NCBI GenBank assembly: GCA_951406725.2
Contig: OX597815.1
Location: forward strand, 214,210,001-214,274,000
Direction: 5' to 3'
Source: Octopus vulgaris
Lineage: Eukaryota
DNA: 64,000 bases
Below the pieces are notes generated by a model that worked only from the letters and a program-made list of their open reading frames with translations, was not told where the DNA came from and made no database searches. The translations under genes were made by a program, and so were the position numbers. Below are positions 25,693-37,098 of this stretch, in pieces (position 1 is the first letter of the stretch; each line of letters opens with the position of its first letter).

Positions 25693-25865
25693 ATATATAT
25701 ATATATATATATATATATGACGGGCATCTTTCAGTTTCCGTCAACCAAATTCACTCACAAGGCTTTGGTCGGCCCGAGGCTATAGTAGAAGACACTTGCC
25801 CAAGGTACCACGCAGTGGGGCTGAACCCAGAACCATATGGTTGGTAAGTAAGCTACTTACCACGT
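25190..25865 (-). mobile_element. SINE-B with ~130 bp insertion plus (CATA)n in its internal microsatellite
   Basis: SINE-B tail half 25190-25410 and head half 25718-25865; unrelated segment 25422-25552. Confidence 0.88.
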
Positions 25866-26371
25866 ATGTATAAAATTTAAAAAAAAATTAAACATAATTC
25901 AACCAGAACAAGGAAGTTACCATAATGAATAACATCATTCATATGAGAGGCACCACGCAATGCTAACACCGTTTCGCTCTAAAACAAAACGTCGGTCAGG
26001 TGTCAAATGGTATTCTAGTTATCCTCATCTAGAATTTGTTCAGAAAACCTGTAGTTCTATTTGAATGAAGTTACTTGACCTTCCACTCTATGATCCACTA
26101 AGGCTAGTTACTACATACATATTTATGAATTCTATTGCATAGTTCTCTCTGTTTTTTTTTTTGTTTTTACAATTGACCATCTCTTTTTAGTTGTCATGAC
26201 ATGCATTTTAACTTCGCCCTTTTAATAGAGTTCCTTTATACTGCACACGAACCACTCAATCCCAGACATTTCACCGTTGTGATCTCGTGTTTAAAGTGAC
26301 TCACTGGAAAATAATTATGTTCATTATCACTGGTACGTCTCAGACAAGGAATCTTTTAAAATATTTTACTC

Positions 26372-26534
26372 AGGCGCAGGCGTGGCTGTATGGTAAGAAG
26401 CTTGCTTCCGAACCACATAGTTCTGGGTTCGGCCCCACTGCGCGGCAACTTAGGCAAGTGTTTTCTATTATAGCGTCGGGCCGACCAAATCCTTGGGAGT
26501 GGATTTGGTAAAAGGAAACTGAAAGAAGCCCGTC

Positions 26535-26567
<33 letters not shown>

Positions 26568-26597
26568 CGTGCGTGTGTGTGTGTGTGTGTGTATGTT

Positions 26598-26632
<35 letters not shown>

Positions 26633-26812
26633 CCCACCATTATTTGACAATCGATGTTGGTGATTTTATGTGTACGTGGCTTAGCGGTTCGGCAAAAGAA
26701 CCGACACAATAAGTACTAGGCTTACAAAGAATAAGTCCTGGGGTCGATTTCTTCGACTAAAGGCGGTGATCCAGCATGGCCGCAGTCAAATGATTGAAGC
26801 AAGTAAAAGATT
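26372..26812 (+). mobile_element. SINE-B
   Basis: GGCGCAGGCGTGGCTGTATGG head, internal (TG)n, CAGCATGGCCGCAGTCAAATG tail. Confidence 0.9.
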
Positions 26813-26834
26813 ATGTTCGTTGTAATAGATATCG

Positions 26835-26965
26835 GCTGTGCGTCTAAGAACTTTGCATTGCACCCACGTGGACAATACTGCGCGGCATCAAGGGCAAACG
26901 TCTTTTACTATTGCCTCGGGCATTGCTAGTGAATTTCACAGACGGAAACTGCGTGGAAGCCCGTT

Positions 26966-26996
<31 letters not shown>

Positions 26997-27520
26997 ATTT
27001 TAAATTTGGGTACACATCATTCCATTTTTTCTTTCTCTCTCACACTCACCCACCACACACACATGTATGTATGTATGTATGTATGTATGTATGTATGTAT
27101 GTATGTATGTATGTATGTATGTATGTATGTATGTATGTATGTATGTGTGTGTCTAAGTATGTGTGTGTGTATGTATGTATGTATATATGTATGTATGTAT
27201 GTATGTACGTACGTACGTACGTATGTATGCATGTATGTATGTATGTATGTATGTATGTATGTATGTATGTATGTATGTATGTATGTATGTATGTATGTAT
27301 GTATGTATGTTTGCATGCATGAATGAATGTATATGTATGCATGTACACATGTGTGCGTCTTTGCGTTTGTATTTGTATCTCCCCGCCACTTGACCGCCTG
27401 CGACGGGCCGATAGAATAACTGGCAATCGAAGTAACTACTGAGATCGATTGATTCCATTGAAACCATTCTGGAAGGTACTCCTCAGTACAATGACTGAAA
27501 CAAGTAAAAGATAACAGATA
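26835..27520 (+). mobile_element. Degenerate SINE-B with expanded (TATG)n
   Basis: GACGGAAACTG..GAAGCCCGT, then ~250 bp (TATG)n, ATGACTGAAACAAGTAAAAGA tail. Confidence 0.7.
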
Positions 27521-27737
27521 TCAAAGTTATCGAATCCATTCATGCCATTTCTCTCCCTCAAAATCTGTTATTATAATAGTAATTTCCTTCCCTTCACGTT
27601 GAGGTGTAAATTCTTGAGCACTGTCCAAGGTTGTTGATCAGTGATTTGGCAGTGAAGGTTTGATGAAGCGATATGGGTTGCAGTGTCTAATTGAATGCAT
27701 CGTTTAACTACTACTGATAACTATCCATCCTTTAGCT

Positions 27738-27904
27738 CAGTGGTTGCCAGCCTTTTCTTAGTGGTTCCCAACAGTGGTTCACAACCCTTTTATTTAAATG
27801 TGTTTTCCCACGGACCCCTTTTAATATGCTTATCCTTATGTATATATTTATATATACCTTTGTGGACCACCAGAGGTCCGCAGACTCCGAGTTAAGAACC
27901 ACTG
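27738..27904. mobile_element. hAT-type MITE
   Basis: CAGTGGTT.. / ..AAGAACCACTG termini, 8 bp TSD CTTTAGCT/ATTTAGCT. Confidence 0.75.
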
Positions 27905-27949
27905 ATTTAGCTTTTAGAAATGTAGTTTTTAGAACACTATTCAATATTG

Positions 27950-28155
27950 ATTTCAATATTTGACATAAGGCCAGAAATTTCGTGAGAGAGGATAAGTTTA
28001 TTACATCGATCCTAGTTTTAAAATATTTTATCGACTCCGAAGATGCAAAAGGCAAAGTCGACCTCAGCAGAATTTTAATTCAGAGCGTAAAGACGTATAA
28101 AACGCCACTAAGCATTTGTCCGGCCCTACATGCTAATGATTCTGTCAGCTCACTA
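27950..28155 (-). mobile_element. Old-tail SINE-A
   Basis: AAAGGCAAAGTCGACCTCAGCAGAATTT and flanking similarity. Confidence 0.75.
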
Positions 28156-28190
28156 AATAAAGGTTGTCTTGTTATCTATAAGAGTTACTC

Positions 28191-28328
<138 letters not shown>

Positions 28329-28579
28329 AGAACTCAAAAAGGGTTATTGCTAATATGATGCTCGAGTGATAAGTCAATGACTGGTGGATGAGCAGTAGAG
28401 AGAGAGAGAGAGAGAGGTGGGAAGAGTGAACGCGCACGCGTCTGTGTACATGCAACAACGAAAGCATATAATCCTAGTAGTAGAGTGGAATACATTTTGA
28501 AAAACATTGAGGTGGCGGTGGAAAGAAAAAGAGACGATGGAGCCAGAAATATGAGAAGTAGAAGTAGAGCAATAGAGTA

Positions 28580-29145
28580 ATGTATGATCGCGTTGATGGT
28601 TACACGTTTCGTTATAACCATGTTTATGATTATGCCTTTCGCTACATCCGTGTCCAGAACGGTACTTTTTGCAATATTCACGTTTCGCTACATATGATCA
28701 TATGTTTCGCTATATCCATGTCTATTATCATACATCTCACTACCTCCATACGTTTTGCTACATCTGTCTCAAAAATTGTACGTTTCGCAATATTTGTGTC
28801 TATGATTATACGTTTCCTTATATTTGTGTCTCCGATCGCTACATTCATGTCTATCATTGTAAATTTCATCATTTCGTGTCTATCATTGTACGCGTCATTA
28901 TATCCATGTCTATGATTATACGTTTCACTGTGTGCGTGTTTATGATTGTTCGTTTCATTATATCCCTCTCTATGACTACAAGTTTCGCTACATCCATGTC
29001 TCTGACTATATATTTCGCTATATTCGTGTCTATGATTGAACGTTTCGCTACGTTCGTGTCTATGATTGTACACTTCATTATATTCGTGTCTCTCCTTGTA
29101 CGTTTCACTATATCCATGTCTATGATTATACGTTTCGCTACATCC
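28580..29145. repeat. Degenerate 30 bp minisatellite, ~19 units
   Basis: Consensus TATGATTATACGTTTCGCTATATCCATGTC; CGTTTC recurs in 30 bp phase (28681, 28921, 29041, 29101). Confidence 0.9.
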
Positions 29146-29789
29146 GCGTGTGTGTGTGTATTTGCATGTCTGTTGAACACCCCAAGAAACAAAGGAGTCG
29201 ACATGACGTTGTGTCCTTATGCAAGGTACGTCGTGTCTATTGTTTCAGTTCTCTCAGCTGAAAATGAGCGCCGGTGACAGTTGGGAAGGGGTTTCGCCAC
29301 TACGACGGATTGGTATCTCGTTCAAGAAGACAACTTATAGCGTCCGTCGTTTAAATCCTTCAGAAAACAAGATAAGATCCGGACCAATTAGTCAATAGGC
29401 AGACGGTAGCATTTAACTTCATGTATGTATACAAACATATTTGCACAATGCTCAAAACAAGCACACGAATACATACAAATATACGCGCGGGCGCGCGCGC
29501 GCACACACACACACACACATACACACACACACACACACACATACACACACACACAGAATCGCTTCATTTAATATTATGCGCATGCTATTGTTATTGTTTT
29601 GCTTTTGGTTAAGTTATAACAACTGAAAGGAATTTCTAGCACTGCGCTAAGAGTTTTGGTCACCGTGTCTGGCGCTTACCCGTTAATAGGTTTATTGTCT
29701 GTTAACACAATAAGAAGAACGAAATAAATGATTGGGAATTGAAATTATTTTAATATCCAAGTAAGATGTGAAGCGAGATTTTTTCTGTG

Positions 29790-30090
29790 CTGTTCTACAA
29801 TAAGTCCTGGATCGAACGACGCCATGTGAGCAAATTTGGTTGAGGGGAAACTGCTTCATAGCGCATCATGTGTGTGTGTGAATGTGTGTGTGTGTGTGTG
29901 TGTACATATATGTATGTGTGTCTGTTTACTTGCTTCTCCCACCATTTGACAACCGTTGTTAGATTATTTTCGGGCCCCGTAACTTAATAGAATAAATGCC
30001 TACCTGAAAAAACAGAAAAGCATTAGTTCTAGGATCAAGTTGTGGGGTCAATTCGCTGCCATACGATGAGTGAGACAAGTAATAGATACA
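29790..30090 (+). mobile_element. Degenerate SINE-B fragment
   Basis: GGAAACTG, (TG)n, TTGACAACCG, GAGACAAGTAATAGATA. Confidence 0.55.
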
Positions 30091-30184
30091 AGATTCACTT
30101 TTCCTTCTGTATGGTGTTCGAGTATTAGGCTGCTAAACTTAAAAGTAGAATAAATCTTTTATATTAGGAACTATTCCTTCATAT

Positions 30185-30830
30185 CAGTGGTTCTCAACCA
30201 CTTTTAGACTATGGACTCCTTTGATTACGACTCTTGTGGCCCACCATAACCATTCGATGTTTTAGATGTTCATTTCAAAATTCTTATTTTGTTTTTTACA
30301 CATTAACATGTGTAGGGTGAGCGAAGTGTGGGTTAATGGTTTGGATATTCGGCTCACGATCATTAGGGCGATTCCCGGCGATGCGTCGTGTTCTTGAGCA
30401 AGACACTTTAATTCACGTTGTTCAAGTTCACTCAGCTGCCAAAAGTGTGTAGTACCTGATTTCAAAGGGCCAGCCTTGTCACACTGTCTCGCTGAATGTT
30501 ACTGAGAACTACGTTAAGGATACTCGTGTCTGTCGGGTGCCCAGCCACTTGCACGTAAATTTCGTGAACGGGCTGTTCTGTTTACTGGATCAACTCGAAC
30601 CCTAGTCGTCGTAATTGACGGAGTTCCAGCATATATAGGATGAACTTTGTAAAAACGTAAGAAAAAGGAGCCTAGCTGTTTCTTGAAATAAATACAACCA
30701 AAGTAACATATTTTTGAAAGATCCTTAAAAGATTGTTGTCGTTCCCCACATTAATATTTTGCTTATGTGGACCCCTAAAAGCTTAATATGAAGTCATAGA
30801 AAACATGTGGATCCCGGTTGAGAACCACAA
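30185..30830. mobile_element. hAT-type MITE carrying a nested SINE-C (~30312-30630, +)
   Basis: CAGTGGTTCTCAACC / GGTTGAGAACCAC TIRs; SINE-C with TGTTCTTGAGCAAGACACTT and AAAGGGCCAGCCTTGTCACACT. Confidence 0.8.
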
Positions 30831-33430
30831 ATTTATATTGGTTTCGAATTTTGACACAAGCCCAGCAATTACAGGGAAGGGGTGAATGGCAAAGTCGACT
30901 TCGGCGGAATTTGGATTTGCAGCATGAAGATGGACGAAGTGCCGCTAAGCAAATGATTCTACCAGATCGCTGCCTTTAAAACACGAAATATTGATTTCAA
31001 GTTTCGGCACAAGGCCAGTAAGATTGGGGGAGGGGTAAGTCGATTACATCGACCCCGGTGCTCAACTAGTACTTATTCTGTCTACCCCGAAAGGCATGAA
31101 AAGTAAAGTTTACCTCGGTGGCATTTGAACACAGAACGTAAAGGTAGATGAAAGACCGCTGGGCATTTTGCTCTACTTGCTAAACTATTTACATGAGGAA
31201 ATATTGTTTTCCAAATACAGTCATTCATCAATAATAAAACAAATACATAAATAAATAAGTATACATGCTTAGGTGTACGATAAACAGATTTGGTGGATTA
31301 TCATTATTCATTAAAACGCCTCGGAAAACATGCACAAATATCAACTGGTAAAGGGTTACTCAGCGTTAGCGTATCGTTGTTTTGATTAATGACAACTAAC
31401 CGAGAGATAAAAGTATGTGAGCAGATTTACGTCTGAGTGGATCAACTCGAACCCCTCTTCCTCGTAACCGACGGAGTGTTAACATGTTTAGGATGAACTA
31501 TGCTAAACATCAGAGAAATGAACCTAGCTGATTCTTGCAATAAATACAACCAAAGTATATACAGCATCTCACAGAAGTATGTACACCCCTAAACATTTTC
31601 AGTAAAATTGCCATTACTTTGATAATATCGAAGGAAATAAAACGAAATTTACACTGAGTAAAATATTACACCAAATTTGGAACGCAAAACAAACATTTTC
31701 AGAAATATGAACGAAATATTATCTTTCAAACGTTACAAAGATATGTACACCCTAAGTAAATTTGCTATATTCAATATTATATCTCTTTTTATTTTCCTAA
31801 ATTCAGATATTGCTGATAATTTTAATTCTAATAAATTGTTTCTCCTGGCATTTTTGCACCGGTCACTGTTATTGCATCTGCAGGAATTCTTATTTGAGTG
31901 CCGAGGTGAAAATCTTCATTGTGATTAAAATGGTACCAAAATGAAAAGAATTGTCACGAATACATATTAACGTAAACCAAAGTAATTCAGAAGTACAAAG
32001 CTACTGGACGGCTGAGCAATAAACATCGTCCAGGTCGTCATTATATTTTACATCCGCGTGATATACGCCACATCCAACGTAGCAAGTTGGACGACAGGCG
32101 TCGTACCGCTTCATCTTCGAGAATGAGGACCCCCTTTCATTACGACTCTGTTCTTGTGGCCCACCATAACCATTCGATGTTTTAAAGATATACTTTTAGA
32201 TGTTCATTTCAAAATTCTTATTTTGTTTTACACACATTAACATGTGTAGGTTGAGCGAAATGTGAGTTAATGGTTAGGATATTCGGCCAACAATCAAAAG
32301 GGCGTGAGTTCAATTCCCGGCGACGCGTCGTGTTCTTGAGCAAGATATTTTAATTCACATTGTTCCAGTTCACTCAGCTGCTAAAAATGTGTAGTACCTG
32401 ATTTCAAAGGGCCAGCGTTGTCAGACTATGTCTCGCTGAATGTTCGTGTGAACTACATTAAGAGTACTCGTGTCTGTGGGGTGCTGAGCCACTTGCATTT
32501 TAATTTCACGGACAGATTGTTCCGTTCCATTGACCGGATCAACTGGAACCCTCTTCCTCGTAACCGACGGAGTGGAAACATGTGTAGGATGAACTATGTT
32601 AAACGTTTGAAAAATGAGCCTAGTTGATTCTTGCAATACACACAGCCAAAATAATATATCTTTGAAAGATCCTTAAAATACGATTGTGGTTCCTCAAATA
32701 AATATTTTACTTGTGCGGAGCTCTAAAAGTCTTACATGAATCTCTAGGAAAGATATGAGAACCACATATTCTCGACTGAGAACCACATATTTATACTGGT
32801 TTCAAATTTTCGCACAAGTTCAGCAATTACAGGGAAGGGGTGAATAGCAAAGTCGACTTCTGCGGAATTTGGACTTACAGCATGAAGATGGACGAAGTGC
32901 CGCTAAGCGTTTTGCCCGGGGTGCTAACGATTCTGCCAGCTCGCCACCTTTAAAACACAAAATACTGATTTGAAATTTTGGCACAAGGCCAGTAAGATTA
33001 TTGGAGGGGTAAGTCGATTACATCGACCCCGGTGCTCAACTAGTACTTATTTTATCTACCCCGAAAAGCATGAAAAGTAAAGTTTACCTCGGTGACATTT
33101 GAACATAGAACGTAAAGGTAGATGAAAGGCCGCTAGGCATTTTGCTCGGCTTGTTAACGATTTTGCCAGCTCGCTGCATTTTTCCCACTGATTTACATGA
33201 GGAAATATTGTTTTCTAAATTATTCGTCGATAATAAAACAAATACATAAATAAAGAAGTAAACATACTTACGTGTACGATAAGCAGATTCGGTGGATTAT
33301 CTTCCTTCACTAAAAACGCCTCGGAAAGCACGCACAAATATCAACTGGTAAAGGGTTACTCAACGTTAGCGTATCGTTTTGATTAATGACAACGGACCGA
33401 CGATAAAAGCATGTGACCAGGTTTATGTCA
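30224..33430 (+). repeat. Local duplication: ~1.2-1.3 kb copies at 30224-31433 and 32139-33430, partial third copy 31438-31557
   Basis: Same order of MITE, SINE-C, two minus SINE-A copies and unique flank (AAATATCAACTGGTAAAGGGTTACTCA) in both. Confidence 0.92.
31562..32125 (+). mobile_element. Tc1 left end with transposase N-terminal remnant
   Basis: TA|CAGCATCTCACAGAAGTATGTACACCCCT TIR, inner repeat TATGTACACCCT near 31742; peptide VIQKYKATGRLSNKHRPGRHYILHPRDIRHIQR. Confidence 0.8.
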
Positions 33431-33624
33431 CTACCAGGAGAAAGTAACTCACATATCACAGTCTACCAACTCTGGCAATAGATAATAGAATGCCACTTTG
33501 ATTTGGTTAATGCGTTGTTTAGATACTGATCGGTTCAACATAACATAATCTATTATCTTAAACAAATGTTTCTGAGAAATTATAGATGGTGTCTCAAAAT
33601 ATGTAACACATATTGATATTTGTT

Positions 33625-34178
33625 GGCGCAGAAGTGGTTGCGTGGTAAGTAACTTAGTTACCAACCTCATGGTCCCAGGTTCAGTCCCACCACGTAACAC
33701 CTTGGGTGAGTGCCTTCTGCTATAGCCTCGGACCGTCCAAAGCCTTGGGAATGGATTTGGTTGACGGAAACTGAAAGGAGCCCGTCGTATATATTTTTCT
33801 GTCACTCCGTCGTTGCGACGACGAGGGTTCCAACCTGCTTGTGAAATTAACGTGCAAGAGGCTGAACACACCACAGACACGTGTACCCTTAACGTAGTTC
33901 TCGGGGAGATTCAGCGTGACACAGTGTGACAAGGCTGGCTCTTTGAAATGCAGGTACAACAGGAACAGGAAGAAGGAGTGAGAGTAAGTTATGGTGAAAG
34001 AGTACAGCAGGGTTCCCCCCCCCCCTGCCGGAGCGACATAGAGCTTTAGGTGTTTTCCCTCAATAAACACTCGCAATGCCCGGTTTAGGAATCGAAACCG
34101 TTATCCTACGACCGCGAGTCCGCTGTCTTAACCACTGGGCCATTGCGCTTCCGTCGTGTATACACACACACACACAAA

Positions 34179-34266
<88 letters not shown>

Positions 34267-34480
34267 TTTTTGTGTGTGTGTGTTTGTCCCCCTCCCCAAC
34301 ATCGCTTGACAACTGATACTGGTGCTTTTACGTCCCCACGAATTAGCGGTTCAGCAAACGAACCGATAGAATAAGTACTAGGCTTACAAAGAATAAGTCC
34401 TTGGGCCGATATCTTCGACTAAATGCTTCAGCATGGCCTCAATCAAATGACTGAAACAAATAAAAGAATAATAGAATAAA
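33625..34480 (+). mobile_element. SINE-B interrupted by minus-strand SINE-C
   Basis: SINE-B head 33625-33795, tail 34155-34480. Confidence 0.88.
33800..34152 (-). mobile_element. SINE-C variant with tRNA-Arg-like head
   Basis: Minus strand GGAAGCGCAATGGCCCAGTGGTTAAG..GGACTCGCGGTCG..GGTTTCGATTCC; 3' body shared with the 30312 and 56110 copies. Confidence 0.85.
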
Positions 34481-34941
34481 AGAATATCTTATCAGAGATT
34501 AACAGTTCGAAACTTATGGCTTCGCAGCTATTGTTCTTTCATTGAACAGTCAGGATGTAAACAGAATTGTGTTTTCTCAAAAGTATCGAAACCTCGTGTG
34601 ATGATCTTTTTACTTCTCTGATGGAGGTAACCCTATCATTTGTTTCTTTATCTCCTTTCGTTCTATCTTTCTTTCTTTCTCCCACTCTCTATCTATCTCT
34701 ACAGACATACACGCACACACACAAGCACATATACTTGTTTCAGTTTCCACTGAAGCTCAATAAAATATGAACCAGACAAAGTCACGGGTTTGATATAATC
34801 GACTGAAACGTTTGAAAGTGTCACCCTTGCGCAGCCGCACTACAAATTACTGAAATACCAATAGAAAAATAACGGAATAAAAATATCGATTTCTTAATTT
34901 GGAGCCTAAATTTAGTCGAGTAATTCTGTTACTTCAAACAC

Positions 34942-35177
34942 TTATTTCTTTTATTGCCCACAAGGGGCTAAACATAGAAGGGACAAACAAGGACAGACAA
35001 ACCGATTAAGTCGATTACATCGACCCCAGTGCGTAACTGGTACTTAATTTATCGACCCCGAAAGGATGAAAGGCAAAGTCGACCTTGGCGGAATTTGAAC
35101 TCAGAACATAACGGCAGACGAAATACGGCTACACATTTCGCCCGGCATGCTAACGATTCTGCCAGCTCGTCGCCTTA
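34942..35177 (-). mobile_element. SINE-A young-tail monomer
   Basis: Full head to tail; TSD TACTTCAAA(C/T)AC at 34930-34941 and 35179-35190. Confidence 0.93.
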
Positions 35178-35391
35178 ATACTTCAAATACCTGAGCCTTG
35201 AGAACATAGAACAACTGAACGCCTCGTGTCGTGTATTTATTACCTTCACCTGTTCTATATTTTCATTCATAAAGTGAGCCCAGCAGACGAAATCGAGCGA
35301 TTCATTGCTTTTCATATCGTAAGAATAGTCACCTGACGTATTATGATAATATTGGTGTATTTTTCTAATGCAAGCTGTATCGGCAAGGGCA

Positions 35392-35452
<61 letters not shown>

Positions 35453-35680
35453 TTCTATTATAAGCACAAGGCCTGAAATATGCGGGAAGGGAGGGAGGTA
35501 AGATGATTACATCTACTCCAGAGCGTAACTGGTACTTATTTAATAGACCCCGAAAAGATGAAAGGCAAAGTCGACCTCGGCGGAATTCGAACTCAGAACG
35601 TAGCACGGGCGAAATACCGATAAGCATTTCGTCCAACGAGCTAAAGATTTTGCCAGATTGCCATCTTAATAATAATAATG

Positions 35681-35774
<94 letters not shown>

Positions 35775-35785
35775 CAACAATAACG

Positions 35786-35840
<55 letters not shown>

Positions 35841-35898
35841 TAATAATAATAATAATAATAGTAACAATAATAATAATAATAATAACAACAATAATAAC

Positions 35899-35981
<83 letters not shown>

Positions 35982-35998
35982 CAACAACAATAATAACG

Positions 35999-36061
<63 letters not shown>

Positions 36062-36330
36062 GTTTCAAATTTATATACAGGGCCAGCAAGCCCGGGGGGG
36101 GGAGTAAGTCGATTACATCGACCTCAGTAGTCAACTGGTGTTTATTTTATCAATCCCGAAAGGATGAGCAGCAAAATCGACCTCGGCGGAATTTGAACTC
36201 GGTTCGTGAAGACGGAGGAAATACCGGGATAGTGGATAAGTCGATTACATCGACCCCCGTTAGTCAAGTGGTGCTTATTTCATCAACTTCGAAAGGATGA
36301 AAGGTAAAGTCGGAATTTGAACTCAGTACT
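35392..36330. repeat. (TAG)n, old-tail SINE-A (-), ~390 bp (TAA/CAA)n, further SINE-A fragments
   Basis: SINE-A at 35453-35668 and 36060-36330; poly-L/N/I ORFs come from the triplet tract. Confidence 0.9.
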
Positions 36331-36381
36331 GTGTGCTATCGATTCTGCGCAGCACACTATCACTCCTGTAGAATATCTCAA

Positions 36382-37098
36382 CTAGAACTACCTTCGCACA
36401 AAATACACACCTTGTGCAATAAGTACCTCACAATCTAAAACAACACAATCTAAAACAACTTACGCAAATATACTATACATGATTAAGGCCCTATAAGGTA
36501 ACACAACTCAAATTACCCGCCCTACACGCATCTGAACAAACACTAATATAACAAGAAGCAAGAAACTAAACTCCAAAACAAAACAAACTAATGCAGTACA
36601 CCCTCAGGAGGAGTGTACTCTCCTCCAGTCCCTACAAAATTAAGAACACAATGCTACACATACCTCAGGAATATCCTGTGGCGCTGTAGTAAGTCGCATG
36701 AAATTACCGAAGTAAAATTGTTAATATGTGCAATATTAAATACGAGCAAAATGCCCCCCATTCAATGGACGTTGCTGTCAAACATTTAAACCAAATTTTC
36801 TCAAAACAACTTGTCCGACTGTCCCATAGGACTCCCCTTTGAGAAACACTGATTTAACCTAAATTTGAGACACCAGCAAAAGACGGATTTCGACTGATGT
36901 ACTTGCGCGTACAAATGCACGTTCCCACTACTTTATCGATCGCATTCTCACGTGGAATCGATTTTTTTAATTTTTTCAAGACTTATACACGCTCTGATAC
37001 CGTCGGTATCTGCATATCAAATTTGAGCGTAATCGGATGGAGGATGTCCGAGATCCTAGAAGACACACAGACAGACAGAACGGATTTTATATAATAGG
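36382..37098 (-). mobile_element. Non-autonomous Helitron
   Basis: Minus 5' end (T>C)CTTATATATAAAATCCGTTCTGTCTGTC; 3' end hairpin GCACAA/TTGTGC then CTAG|T. Confidence 0.55.

Noticed and set aside
28580-29145. CRISPR-like 30 bp periodicity
   Set aside because: Units are contiguous with no unique spacers; eukaryotic context, no cas genes
29190-29420. Unique CpG-rich stretch, possible exon or enhancer (also 51240-51440, 52800-52980)
   Set aside because: No support without expression or conservation data
34075-34152. tRNA-Arg-like sequence and other A/B-box heads
   Set aside because: Continuous with SINE bodies and imperfect cloverleaf; SINE heads, not tRNA genes
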